From an uncultured Deinococcaceae bacterium (GTDB lineage: Bacteria > Deinococcota > Deinococci > Deinococcales > Deinococcaceae): a DNA stretch of 64,000 bases. The stretch lies in contig CAXULY010000015.1 in the NCBI GenBank assembly GCA_964252075.1, forward strand, positions 32,001-96,000, in the 5' to 3' direction. The position numbers were made by a program, and so were the translations under genes. Shown piece after piece: positions 24,956 through 36,562 of the stretch. Positions within the stretch are counted from its first letter, which is position 1. Each line of letters begins with the position of its first letter. The notes beneath the pieces were generated by a model. That model saw nothing but the letters and a program-made list of their open reading frames with translations, was not told the DNA's origin and did not search any database.

Positions 24956-25006
24956 CAGGGCGCGCGGTGGATGGCGCACTAGGTGCGCCATCCACCGCGC
25001 GCCCTG
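24956..25006. repeat. Perfect 24-bp inverted repeat with a 3-nt loop
   Basis: CAGGGCGCGCGGTGGATGGCGCAC-TAG-GTGCGCCATCCACCGCGCGCCCTG. Confidence 0.9.
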
Positions 25007-25075
25007 CGCCCGGGGCAAAACGGGAAGTGGGGCACTCACGCGGGCGCCCCACCTCGCTTCAAGTTGCCCGGCGCC

Positions 25076-25897
25076 TTACTTGTCCTGCCCGAGCGCGAAG
25101 CCGCGCGAGAACTGCTCCTGCAGCGCCGTGAACACCACCAGCGGCGGCAGGATCGCCAGGATCGCGGCGGCCATCACGACGCCCCAGTCCGTCTGCCCGC
25201 CGCCCACATCAATGAGCTTGCGCAGGCCCACCTGCACCACCTGTTTGTCGTCGTTCTGCATGATGACGAGCGGCCACAGGTACTGGTCCCAGGCGTACAC
25301 GAACTGAATGACGGCGAGCGCCCCGATGGTGTTCCAGCTCATGGGGATCAGCACGCTCGTCAGGAAGCGCAGGGGACCGCAGCCGTCCAGCCTCGCGGCG
25401 TCCGCGAGGCTCGCGGGGATGTTCATGAAGTGCTGCCGGAACAGGAACGTCCCCGTCGCGCTCGCCAGGAACGGCACCACGATCGCGGCGTAGGTGTCCG
25501 CCCAGTGCAGGTCGCGGCTCACGAGGTCGAAGAGCGCAATGATCAGCACCTCGGTGGGCATCATCAGCGAGATCAGCACCAGCGCGAACGCCGCGCCCTT
25601 CAGCGGGAAGCGGAAGTACACGAAGGCGAGCGCCGCCAGCACGGACAGCAGCGTCTTGCCGACCGTGACGAGCACCGTCACGACCGCGCTGTTCAGCAGG
25701 TAATGCCCGAGGTGCGCCTGCGTCCAGGCCCGCGCGGCGTTCGCGAAGAACTCCCCGCCTGGCAGCAGGCTGGGGCCCTGCACCGTGAAGCTGTCCTGCG
25801 TGGCCTTCACGAGCGCGAACAGCAGCGGCGCGCTCACCAGGAACACCGCGATGATCAGCGCGAGGTGCGTGAGGGCCACTTGACCTCTACGCACCAT
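25076..25897 (-). CDS. Carbohydrate ABC transporter permease (UgpE-like)
   Basis: SATGTFLFRQHF, ADAARLDG EAA loop, WDQYLWPL. Confidence 0.88.
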   Translation of the reverse strand: MVRRGQVALTHLALIIAVFLVSAPLLFALVKATQDSFTVQGPSLLPGGEFFANAARAWTQAHLGHYLLNSAVVTVLVTVGKTLLSVLAALAFVYFRFPLKGAAFALVLISLMMPTEVLIIALFDLVSRDLHWADTYAAIVVPFLASATGTFLFRQHFMNIPASLADAARLDGCGPLRFLTSVLIPMSWNTIGALAVIQFVYAWDQYLWPLVIMQNDDKQVVQVGLRKLIDVGGGQTDWGVVMAAAILAILPPLVVFTALQEQFSRGFALGQDK

Positions 25898-26846
25898 AGT
25901 GCACGCGCCTTTCCCCCACGCGGAACTGCAGGAACGTCAGGACGCCCACCAGCAGCAGCATCAGCGCCGCCTGCGCGGCGGCGGCGCCCGTCCGGAAGTT
26001 CACGAAGCCGTCCTGGTACAGCTGGTAGATCAGGAAGGTCGTGATGCCCGTCTGCCCGTACACGGGGCCGCCGCGCGTCAGGATGTCCACCAGTCCGAAG
26101 CTGTCGAAGAGCGCCGAGACGATGTTCGTGAACACCAGGAAGAAGGTGATGGGGGACAGCAGCGGCAGCACCACCCGCCAGAACAGCTGCGCGGGGCGCG
26201 CGCCGTCAATCTCGGCGGCTTCCAGGATCTCCTTCGGGACGTTCTGGATGGCGGCGAGGTAGAACACCACGTTGTATCCCAGACCCTTCCAGATGGCCGC
26301 GACCGTCACGAGCGAGAAGGCCAGCAGCGGGTTGTCCAGCCAGCGCGGGCGGATGTTGAAGGCCGCGTGCAGGAATTGGTTCACCGCGCCAATCTCCGGG
26401 TTGAAGAGAAACAGCCACAGGGTGCCCGCGATGGCTGGGCTCAGCGCGTACGGGTAGATGAGCAGCAGGCGGTACACGCGCGCGCCCGCGATGGGGCGGC
26501 TCGCGAGCCACGCCAGGGACAGGGACAGCAGCAGCCCGATCACCACGGTGAGCGCCGTGAAGATCAACGTCTGGAGGGCCACCTGGTGGTACGTGGCGCT
26601 GCCCAGCAGGTCCGTGAAGTTGCTGAGGCCCGTGAAGCGCTCGGTGCCCAGGATGACGTTCGCCTGGAAGGCCGAGAGGCGCAGGGTCCGCACGGCCGGG
26701 TAGTAGATGAACACCGCGAGGATCAGCAGGGTGGGCGCCAGGAACAGCCACGGAAGCCACGCGCCCTTGAAGGTCGCGTGCTCCGCCGCGGCGGCCTCCG
26801 CGCGGCGGGCGCGGCGAGCGGTGCGTTTGGTGAGCGGGATGGACAT
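25887..26846 (-). CDS. Carbohydrate ABC transporter permease (UgpA-like)
   Basis: PYALSPAIAG, WKGLGYN, EAAEIDGA and TRGGP. Confidence 0.88.
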   Translation of the reverse strand: MSIPLTKRTARRARRAEAAAAEHATFKGAWLPWLFLAPTLLILAVFIYYPAVRTLRLSAFQANVILGTERFTGLSNFTDLLGSATYHQVALQTLIFTALTVVIGLLLSLSLAWLASRPIAGARVYRLLLIYPYALSPAIAGTLWLFLFNPEIGAVNQFLHAAFNIRPRWLDNPLLAFSLVTVAAIWKGLGYNVVFYLAAIQNVPKEILEAAEIDGARPAQLFWRVVLPLLSPITFFLVFTNIVSALFDSFGLVDILTRGGPVYGQTGITTFLIYQLYQDGFVNFRTGAAAAQAALMLLLVGVLTFLQFRVGERRVHYGA

Positions 26847-26942
26847 CGCTTGAACTCCTGAGGGGCTCGGGGTGCGGGCGGCGGGCCAAACGCTCCTGCC
26901 CCCGCCGAAGCGGGGGCCGGGTGGAGCGGGCGGTGGGCGGGC

Positions 26943-28229
26943 TTACTTGAAGTTCTGGTTGTAGTCCGCGAGGGCGGCGTCCACCTTGGCCTTGGTGTCC
27001 TTCGCCACCGACTCCACGCTCGCGCCCTGCATGACCTTCTGCATGCCCTGCTCGACCAGCGTGCGCGTCTGGATCGCCACGCCACTCAGGGCGCCGGCGT
27101 TCGCGACGTTCGACTTGGTGGTGAGCAGCTGGTTGAACGCCACGAGCTGCAGCGGCGTCTGGCTGAACCAGCCCTGACCGCGCAGCGTGTTCACGCTGCT
27201 GTTGCGCACCGGGTAGTACCCGGTGAGCTTGTGCCAGTCCGCCATGTTCTTGGTGTTCGTCATGAACAGCGCGAAGTCCTGCGCGGCCTGCGCCTGCGCC
27301 GCCGGGATGTTCTTGCTGATCCACAGGCTCGCGCCGCCAATCACCACGCCGTTGCGCTTCGAGCCGTCCGGGATGGGCAGCACGCCCACACCCAGCTGGA
27401 AGCCGGACTTCTTCGCGGCGTCAATCTGGTTGCCGAGGTCGGCGGTGCTGTTGATGGTGAACACGGCCTTCTGGTTCGCGAAGATGGCGTTCGTGCCGTC
27501 GGTGTCCGCGAGCTTGCCGGTGTAGGTCTCGTACCCGCCGTCCTGCAGGTCCTTGTAGAACTTGAAGACCTTCTGCGCGGCGGCGCTGTCGATGTTGCTG
27601 GCGGTGGCGCGCCCCTGGCGGCCGTTGCCGTTGTTCAGCAGCACCGCGTTCTGCTCGCTCATCCACTGCTCGAAGAACCAGCCGTACACCGCGAGCGACA
27701 TGCACTTGGCGTCCAGGCCCGCCGCCTTGATCTTCTCGCAAGCCTTCAGCATCGCGCCGAAGGTGGTGGGGGGGCGCTTGGGGTCCAGGCCCGCCTTCTG
27801 CATCAGGTCCTTGTTGAAGTACAGCACCGGGCTGGAGCTGTTGAAGGGCAGGCTGTTCACCTTCCCGCCAATGGTGTAGTAGTTGATGACGGGCTTGATG
27901 TAATCGCTGAAATCCACGTTCTTGACGGCGCTCACGGGCTGGAACACGCCGCTGTCCAGAGCGAGCTGGCTGCCCACCTCGAAGATCTGCACGAGGGCGG
28001 GCGCCTTGCCCTGGCGCGCGGCCAGGATGGTCGCCTGCAGCTCGTCGTTGTAGTTGCCCTTGTAGCTCGGCACGATCTTCACGCCGGGGTGCGCCTTGTT
28101 GTACTCGTCGGCGCGTGCCTGGACCCAACCGCCGCGCTTGGCGTCCCCGAAGGTGTGCCAGAAATCCACGGTGACCGTCTGGGCGGTCGCGGTGCCCAGC
28201 AGGGCGAGCATCATCGTCAGTCGTTTCAT
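26943..28229 (-). CDS. ABC transporter solute-binding protein (UgpB/glycerol-3-phosphate-like)
   Basis: Signal peptide; YKGNY, SLPFNSSSPVLYFNKD, IGGASLW and WHKLTGYYP. Confidence 0.85.
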   Translation of the reverse strand: MKRLTMMLALLGTATAQTVTVDFWHTFGDAKRGGWVQARADEYNKAHPGVKIVPSYKGNYNDELQATILAARQGKAPALVQIFEVGSQLALDSGVFQPVSAVKNVDFSDYIKPVINYYTIGGKVNSLPFNSSSPVLYFNKDLMQKAGLDPKRPPTTFGAMLKACEKIKAAGLDAKCMSLAVYGWFFEQWMSEQNAVLLNNGNGRQGRATASNIDSAAAQKVFKFYKDLQDGGYETYTGKLADTDGTNAIFANQKAVFTINSTADLGNQIDAAKKSGFQLGVGVLPIPDGSKRNGVVIGGASLWISKNIPAAQAQAAQDFALFMTNTKNMADWHKLTGYYPVRNSSVNTLRGQGWFSQTPLQLVAFNQLLTTKSNVANAGALSGVAIQTRTLVEQGMQKVMQGASVESVAKDTKAKVDAALADYNQNFK

Positions 28230-28597
28230 GTGTGTCCCCTTCGTTCCGGAAGGTACGCAGCGCAGGTCAGCGGGACGTCAATTCACCGTCATGGACGTGT
28301 CAGGCGCTGCGGGCATGCGTTGAATGGAAACCGCGGACGGTTCCTGGCAATCACTTCCGGTGTCCCAACTCTAAACCAGTCGGCGACTTTCGTGCCAGAG
28401 GCCACCATTCACGCTGCGTCGGCTCTGGGTCAGATGATGGCCGGAGTTGGCCACCTGCACGGGCGGGCTGGGACGCACCGCGTGCTCAGACAGACCCGGA
28501 TGGACTGTCGGTTCCCACGTTAGGCTGGCCGTCCTCGCAGAGGGGCTTGCTCCGGGAAGTCCCCGCCGCGCCCACACGCATCAGCCCGGCCTGACGG

Positions 28598-30157
<1,560 letters not shown>

Positions 30158-30309
30158 CCCTTCAAGCTACGCATTTTCCCGGGCGGGGCGGGCGCGTGAT
30201 GTACACAGGCGAACGCTAGTTAGGTGCCGGGTAGGCTGGAGCGCGCAGCGCCGCTACGCCGGATGGCGGGCTTTGTGAATTGATCCCTGTTCCAGGGGGG
30301 GAGGGGCGC

Positions 30310-30315
30310 TAAAGT
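30310..30315 (+). promoter_or_regulatory. Putative -10 box (TAAAGT) of the candidate small RNA
   Basis: TANNNT box with no protein gene downstream on the + strand before the terminator. Confidence 0.4.
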
Positions 30316-30321
30316 ACGTGT

Positions 30322-30466
30322 ACCACGGAAGGGAGGTGATCCAGCTGTTAAATAAAATGGTTGGTGGAGGTGTCCGCCGAGGGTAGTACCTCGAGGACTT
30401 GAGTACCCCTCAATGTCAGGCGGGTACCGAAGAGAAGGGCGAGCGAGTGCTCGCCCTTCTTTCTTT
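30322..30466 (+). ncRNA. Candidate small RNA (or micro-ORF transcript) with a segment complementary to the 16S rRNA 3' end
   Basis: -10 box upstream, GGAAGGGAGGTGATCCAGCTGT at 30327-30348, two internal stems, terminator at 30433-30466. Confidence 0.5.
30433..30466 (+). terminator. Intrinsic terminator, possibly bidirectional
   Basis: AGAAGGGCGAGC-GAGT-GCTCGCCCTTCT followed by TTCTTT. Confidence 0.8.
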
Positions 30467-30472
30467 GCGCCC

Positions 30473-30835
30473 TCAGCGGCGCAGGTAGGCGTCCGTGCCC
30501 TCAATCCAGTCCTGGCGCGGCGGGCTGAACACGTCCAGGCCCTCGAAGTCCTCCAGCACCAGCGCGCGGTGCACGGTGCCGCCCGGAATGACCAGCACCT
30601 CGCCCGGCCCGAGGTCCAGTTCGCGCTCGCCGTCCTCACCGAGCCAGAAGCGGATGCGCCCCTGCGTCACGAGGCTCACCTGCTCGTTCTCGTGCTGGTG
30701 CGCCTGCACCACGCACCCCGTCTTGAGCTGCAGGCGCGCCACCATGACCCGCTCGCCCCACACGAGCTGACGGGCGAAGACGGGCGTCACGTCCTCCACG
30801 GGCACGTCGGCCCAGCTGTAATTCTTGGCGTCCAT
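30473..30835 (-). CDS. Cupin domain protein
   Basis: HQHENEQ...PGGTVH cupin metal motifs; DVFSPPRQD. Confidence 0.85.
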   Translation of the reverse strand: MDAKNYSWADVPVEDVTPVFARQLVWGERVMVARLQLKTGCVVQAHQHENEQVSLVTQGRIRFWLGEDGERELDLGPGEVLVIPGGTVHRALVLEDFEGLDVFSPPRQDWIEGTDAYLRR

Positions 30836-31026
30836 GCGTCAGCCTACCGCGCCACCCGGCAGATTCAAGTGAACGCGGCGTGGGCCTGCACCCAGGGCGC
30901 GCAGGCCCACAGCGCCCTCGACCGTGCCGTCCGAGAGGACGCCAACGCGCCCCGTCACCCCGACCGGCGCCAGCCGCGGCGCGCCGTCACGCATGTGGGT
31001 CGCGACCCTGCCCTAGAATTCCCGCT

Positions 31027-32043
31027 ATGGCCGTTTCGTTGCGGGGTCGCACCGCCACCTTCACGCCGCCGCCGGGGGCCGCCGCGCTCACGGGGGACTT
31101 CACCGACTGGGAGCGCCCGCGCGCGGTGCCCGTTGTGAGCGGCGCGCCCATCACGCTCACGCTGCCGCGCGACTCGTGGACCGAGTACGCGTGGCTGGAC
31201 GCGGGCGGCACGCCCTTCGCGGACCCGGACAACCCGCGGCGCAGCCTGAACCCGTGGTGGAATTACCCGCGCGCCGTGGAGGTCGGTCGGTACGCCACGC
31301 ACCCCCTGTGGCAGCAGCCGGAACCGCCCGCGCGCGGCGCGACGCACCGCCTGAGCTGGGAGGGGCAGGTGTTCCCCGGCACGCGGCGCGTCATCGTGTA
31401 CACCCCGCCCAACCTGGACGCCCGCAGCGAGCACCCGGTGTACTACGTGCAGGACGGCGTGGCGTTCTACCGCACCGGCCGACTGGGCGAACTCATGGAC
31501 CGCGCGCTCGCGGCGGGGCTGGTGTCGCCCGCCGTGCTGGTGTTCGTGGAGCCCGGCGACCGCTCCGCGGAGTACTACCTGAACGACCGCTACTTGGACT
31601 TCCTGCTCTCGGAGGTCCTGCCGCGCGTCGAGGAGGGCTTCCCCGTGCGGCGGGACGCGGCAGGACGCGGGGTGTGGGGCGCGAGCCTGGGGGGCCTCAT
31701 CAGCCTGTACCTGGGGGCGCGCCACCCGGAGCTGTTCAGCACGGTGGTGGCGCACAGCGGCGCGTTCATCGCGAACCCGGAGGCCGCCGCGCGCGGTGAA
31801 CCGCAGACGCGCAGCGGCCCGGAGTGGCTGCTGGAGCACCTGCGCGCGCACCCGCCCCGCCACCTGCGCGTGAGTCTGGACGCGGGCACGCAGGAGTGGC
31901 TGTGCGCCCCGAACCGCCGCATGGCGGCCCTCCTGGCGGACCTCGGCGTGGCGCACCAGTACCGCGAGTACGCCAGCGGGCACAACTGGGTGACGTGGCG
32001 TGGCGCGCTGCCCGAAGCGCTGCTGTTCGTGCAGGGCGTTTGA
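31027..32043 (+). CDS. Esterase (Fes-like alpha/beta hydrolase) with N-terminal E-set-like domain
   Basis: GDFTDW, VYTPP, YVQDG, GASLGG nucleophile and GHNWVTW; TAGAAT 7 nt before ATG. Confidence 0.85.
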   Translation: MAVSLRGRTATFTPPPGAAALTGDFTDWERPRAVPVVSGAPITLTLPRDSWTEYAWLDAGGTPFADPDNPRRSLNPWWNYPRAVEVGRYATHPLWQQPEPPARGATHRLSWEGQVFPGTRRVIVYTPPNLDARSEHPVYYVQDGVAFYRTGRLGELMDRALAAGLVSPAVLVFVEPGDRSAEYYLNDRYLDFLLSEVLPRVEEGFPVRRDAAGRGVWGASLGGLISLYLGARHPELFSTVVAHSGAFIANPEAAARGEPQTRSGPEWLLEHLRAHPPRHLRVSLDAGTQEWLCAPNRRMAALLADLGVAHQYREYASGHNWVTWRGALPEALLFVQGV

Positions 32044-32078
32044 ATGCCGCGCGCCGCTGCCTCACAATCAGGATCAGC

Positions 32079-33182
32079 ATGCCCCTGTCCTCCCTGCGCT
32101 GCCTCCTGCCCGCGCTGCTCCTCGTCAGCACCCCGGCCCACGCCATGACCAGCCACGCCGGACCCATCACCCTCACGACCCTTGAGCGCGCCGCAGATTA
32201 CGCGGGCGCCACGCCGGGCGGCGTGACCGTGACGCCCGCCGGGCCGCTCACCCTTGCGGCGGGCGCGCGCAGCGGCACCCTGCTGGGCGCCCCGATGGGC
32301 GCCGCGCCCTTCGACGAGCTGATTCCCTCATGGAACGCCGACACGCCGCCCGGCAGCAGCCTCACGGTGGAGGTCCGCGCGCGCGTGGGTGGGCGCTGGA
32401 CGCGCTACTTCAGTTACGGCACCTGGGCGAGCGGCGAGGCGCCCCGCCGCGCCAGCCTGGACGGGCAGCAGGACGCGGACGGAAAGATGCTCACCGACAC
32501 CCTGCGCCTCACGCGCAAGGCGGACGCCTACCAGTACCGCCTCACGCTGCGCGCCGCGGCGGGCGGCGCGGCGCCCACCGTGCGCCTGCTGGCCTTCACC
32601 GCCAGCGACCGCGCCGCGCGCGCGGCGTCCGCGGGCCGCGCGGGGGACCGCGCCGTGTGGGGCACCGTGCTGAAGGTGCCGCAGCGCTCGCAGATGCTGT
32701 ACCCGAACGGCGGCGAGGTGTGGTGCAGCCCCACCAGCACCAGCATGATCATGGCGTACTGGGGCAAGAACGTGACGGTGCCGGACGCCGCGAAAGGCAC
32801 CTTCGACGCGGTGTACGACGGCACCGGCAACTGGCCCTTCAACGCCGCGTACGCCGGCAGTTTCGGGCTGCGCGCCTACGCCACGCGCCTCACGAGCCTC
32901 GCGGACGCCGAGCGCTTCATCGCGCGCGGCGTGCCGCTCGCGGTCAGTGCGGGCTGGAAGAAAGGCGAGCTGAAGGGCGCGAGCGTCGCGAGCACGGACG
33001 GGCACCTGATGGTGCTGGTCGGCTTCGACACGTCGGGCAACCCCGTGCTGAACGACCCGGCGGGCCAAACGGACCCCGAGGTGCGGCGCACTTACGACCG
33101 CGCGACCTTCGAGCGCCTGTGGCTCACGCACTCCGGGGGGCTCGTGTACGTCATCGCGCCGCAGGGACAGGCGCTGCCGTGA
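32079..33182 (+). CDS. Secreted C39-like peptidase family protein
   Basis: VPQRSQM, WCSPTSTSMIMAYW (Cys), GNWPFN, GHLMVLVGF (His), LNDPA (Asp). Confidence 0.82.
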   Translation: MPLSSLRCLLPALLLVSTPAHAMTSHAGPITLTTLERAADYAGATPGGVTVTPAGPLTLAAGARSGTLLGAPMGAAPFDELIPSWNADTPPGSSLTVEVRARVGGRWTRYFSYGTWASGEAPRRASLDGQQDADGKMLTDTLRLTRKADAYQYRLTLRAAAGGAAPTVRLLAFTASDRAARAASAGRAGDRAVWGTVLKVPQRSQMLYPNGGEVWCSPTSTSMIMAYWGKNVTVPDAAKGTFDAVYDGTGNWPFNAAYAGSFGLRAYATRLTSLADAERFIARGVPLAVSAGWKKGELKGASVASTDGHLMVLVGFDTSGNPVLNDPAGQTDPEVRRTYDRATFERLWLTHSGGLVYVIAPQGQALP

Positions 33183-33658
33183 CCCGCGCGGGCGCCGTCA
33201 CCCTGCGCCCCGCACGGCCGGGGGAGGCGGCGGACCTCACGGCGCTGGCCCTGCAGTCCAAGGCGCACTGGGGGTACGACGCGGCCTTCATGGCCGCCTG
33301 CCGCGACGACCTGACCGTGCGCGCGGACGACGTGCGCGCCCACCCCTGCACCGTCGCGGCGGGCGGCGGGCGGGTGCTGGGTTTCTGCAGCCTGCGCGCC
33401 CGCGCGGACGGGGATCAGCAGCTGGAGCACCTGTTCGTCGCGCCGGACGCCATGGGCCTGGGCGTGGGGCGGGCGCTGTGGGACGCGGCGGTGCGCGCGG
33501 CGCGCGAGGTGGGCGCCGCCGCCCTGTGGCTGGACAGCGACCCGTACGCCGAGGCGTTCTACCTGAAGATGGGCGCCCGCCGGGTGGGGGAGGCGCCGTC
33601 GACCGCCATTCCCGGGCGCGTGCTGCCGCTGCTGCGCGCGGACCTGCGGGCGACCTGA
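33179..33658 (+). CDS. GNAT family N-acetyltransferase
   Basis: SKAHWGY, LFVAPDAMGLGVGRAL and AEAFYLKMGA; GTGA overlap. Confidence 0.85.
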   Translation: MTRAGAVTLRPARPGEAADLTALALQSKAHWGYDAAFMAACRDDLTVRADDVRAHPCTVAAGGGRVLGFCSLRARADGDQQLEHLFVAPDAMGLGVGRALWDAAVRAAREVGAAALWLDSDPYAEAFYLKMGARRVGEAPSTAIPGRVLPLLRADLRAT

Positions 33659-33661
33659 GCC

Positions 33662-34462
33662 GTGCACTTCCCGTTCACGTGCCCGGTCTGTCACGCGGAG
33701 ACCGCCGTGGAGTACAGCGACAGCGGCATGCACGCGCACACCTGCCGCTGCGGGCGCCCGTACGCCGTGTACCTGCGGCAGCACAAGTACGAGACGCTCT
33801 TCGATTTCGGCACGCGCGCGCTGAGTGACGGGTACGCCCGCGAGGCCGCCGCGAACTTCGCGAGCGCGCTGGAGCGCTGCTTCGAGTTCTACCTGCGCGC
33901 CGCCGTGCTGGAGCGCGGGGGCGGGAACGCGCCCGCGTGGGTGCAGGCGCTGGACGCCACGTGGCGGCACGTGGACCGGCAGTCCGAGCGGCAGCTGGGC
34001 GCCTTCGCGCTGCTGTACCTCACCCGGCAGGGGCACCCGCCGGACTTCCTGACGCCGCAGGCGCTCGGCACGGACTTCAGGAACCGCGTGGTGCACCGCG
34101 GGTACATTCCCAGCCGCGAGGAGGCCCTGCGCTATGCGGAGGGCGTGTTTCGCATCATCGAGCGGGTGCTGCGCGAGCTGGGCAGCGCCAGCGTGTACGC
34201 GCAGCGCGAGCAGGAGGACGCCTACCTCGCGCACCGCGCGGCGCTCCCGGCGGACGTCACGCCGGTCTTCATGGACCTGCCAGGCGTGTTCCGCGCGTGG
34301 CGTTTCGCGGGTGGGCCGGGCCTGCAGCTCAGCGCGGCCCTCGGCGGTGTGGAGGCGCGCGCCGAGGCGGGCGCGGCGCGCAATGACGCGCGCAGCTTCC
34401 AGGCGCGCCTGAATGAGACGGACATCGGGCGGCTGTTCGCGAAGCAGCCCGACCGCAGCTGA
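33662..34462 (+). CDS. Hypothetical protein with N-terminal Zn ribbon and HEPN-like RxxxxH motif
   Basis: CPVC...CRCG; helical region with ALERCFEF; FRNRVVHRGY. Confidence 0.6.
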   Translation: MHFPFTCPVCHAETAVEYSDSGMHAHTCRCGRPYAVYLRQHKYETLFDFGTRALSDGYAREAAANFASALERCFEFYLRAAVLERGGGNAPAWVQALDATWRHVDRQSERQLGAFALLYLTRQGHPPDFLTPQALGTDFRNRVVHRGYIPSREEALRYAEGVFRIIERVLRELGSASVYAQREQEDAYLAHRAALPADVTPVFMDLPGVFRAWRFAGGPGLQLSAALGGVEARAEAGAARNDARSFQARLNETDIGRLFAKQPDRS

Positions 34463-34495
34463 AACGCCCCCGCCGCTCCGGCGGGGGCGCGGGGA

Positions 34496-35404
34496 TTACA
34501 GGCTGGCTTTCAGGTGGGGGTTCAGCAGCAGGCGCAGGCGGTCCCGCACGCGCTTGTACAGGGCGGGCGCGTGGTGCCGCGCGAAGTCCAGCGTGGCCAC
34601 CTCGCTGCCCACGTCGAAGCCGTAGCGTTCCGTGAGGAAGTACCGGTGGTCCATGATCCACAGGTACAGGTCACCCTCCGTGCGGCCGGGGAAGCGGTGC
34701 ATGACGTCGTGCCGCTCGATTTCGTCCGCGATGCGGCTGTACAGGCGGCGGTACCAGCTCTCGACCGCTTCGTCCCAGCTCACGTCCCGCTGGTGCTTCT
34801 GACCCAGGTAGTACTGCCGCGTGCGGATGTGGTCGAGCAGCATGTCGTAGCGGCCCGGCGTGGTGAACACGATGGGGCGGTGGTCGGGGATGAGGGTGTC
34901 GAGGCCCGTGACCTTCAGGAAGCGCGCGTACTCGCCCTTGATGATGAGGTCCTTGAGGGTGTCGCCCGGCTCGGGCGGCACCGTGACGTGCAGCTGGATG
35001 ACGTGCGCGTCAATGAATTTCTGGCCGTTGCGGCGCGCGACGGACACGCGGTGGTTGCCGTCCTTGACGAAGTACACGCCGCCCACCTGGTACACCTGGA
35101 TGGGGGGCAGTTCCTTGCCGTTCAGCTGCGCGCTGCGCACGCCGATCCAGCGTTCGTCGAGGTACTCCTCCTTGGGGAGGTAGTAGCGGTCGAACTCGCG
35201 GTAGCGGTCCACCGACCCGATGATGGCGTCCAGCGGGATGCTCTGCACGCCCGCCGAGGCTTCGCCGTCGGGGTCGAGGTGGCGCACCCAGTCGAAGGGG
35301 ATGAGCTGGTTGGGCACCCGTTGCAGGATGCCCAGGAGGTCGTGGACGCCCGCCACGAAGCGGGCGCGTTCCACTTCCGCTCTGGCTTGGTCGTGACTCC
35401 TCAT
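34496..35404 (-). CDS. ParB/Srx-like domain plus DUF4032-like protein
   Basis: IIGSVDRYREFDR, LPPIQVY, YFVKDGNHRVSVA and DLYLWIMDHRY. Confidence 0.75.
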   Translation of the reverse strand: MRSHDQARAEVERARFVAGVHDLLGILQRVPNQLIPFDWVRHLDPDGEASAGVQSIPLDAIIGSVDRYREFDRYYLPKEEYLDERWIGVRSAQLNGKELPPIQVYQVGGVYFVKDGNHRVSVARRNGQKFIDAHVIQLHVTVPPEPGDTLKDLIIKGEYARFLKVTGLDTLIPDHRPIVFTTPGRYDMLLDHIRTRQYYLGQKHQRDVSWDEAVESWYRRLYSRIADEIERHDVMHRFPGRTEGDLYLWIMDHRYFLTERYGFDVGSEVATLDFARHHAPALYKRVRDRLRLLLNPHLKASL

Positions 35405-35598
35405 ACAAGAACCTCGCGGTGCGATAACGCGGCGGTCGGGGGGAGCCCGGCGCCAACATCAGTATACCACTTTGTGTCCAGCGTACACGAATAAATGTCC
35501 CGTCTCATGCTCTCCCCATTCGGTCAGGGCGCCATCAGTGCAGCGCCAAGGTGCGCCAGCCCACGACTGTGCCCACCAACAGGATGTCAAACTCAGCC

Positions 35599-36198
<600 letters not shown>

Positions 36199-36217
36199 CC
36201 CCCCACGCACCGCAGGC

Positions 36218-36550
36218 ATGACGACCGTGTACGAAGTGGTGGCCTACTACCAGGAGCGGCGCCAGCGCGAGGCGCTGGCGCTCGCCACCCGCAAGGGCCA
36301 CCTGGAGGCCTTCGCGCACGCGCACGGCCTCCAGGTGGCGCGCAGCTTCAGCGGCCCCGAGGGCAGCGACGCCTTCACGCAGGCGGTCGCGCTGTCCCGC
36401 GCGCTCGGCAGCCTGCTGCTCGTCACCACGGACAGCGGCGACGAACAGGACATCCGGCTCATGATGAACCTCACGCGCCTCGGCGTGCACTTCATGGCGG
36501 TGCGCATCGAGAAGACGACCGTCACCCCGTGGCCGGACGCGCGGCACTGA
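36218..36550 (+). CDS. Small hypothetical protein, possibly a degenerate resolvase-N-like domain
   Basis: VVAYY...LEAFAHAHGLQVARSF...AFTQAVAL...LLVTT...LTRLGVHF pattern. Confidence 0.55.
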   Translation: MTTVYEVVAYYQERRQREALALATRKGHLEAFAHAHGLQVARSFSGPEGSDAFTQAVALSRALGSLLLVTTDSGDEQDIRLMMNLTRLGVHFMAVRIEKTTVTPWPDARH

Positions 36551-36562
36551 GCGCCGCGCGGC

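Noticed and set aside
28230..28597. Riboswitch or sRNA in the 368-nt ilvA-ABC intergenic region
   Set aside because: No recognisable aptamer, terminator or convincing ORF was found by eye.
30327..30348. 16S rRNA gene fragment
   Set aside because: Similarity to the 16S 3' end stops after ~22 nt, and the differences are G:U-compatible. That fits pairing rather than an rRNA remnant.
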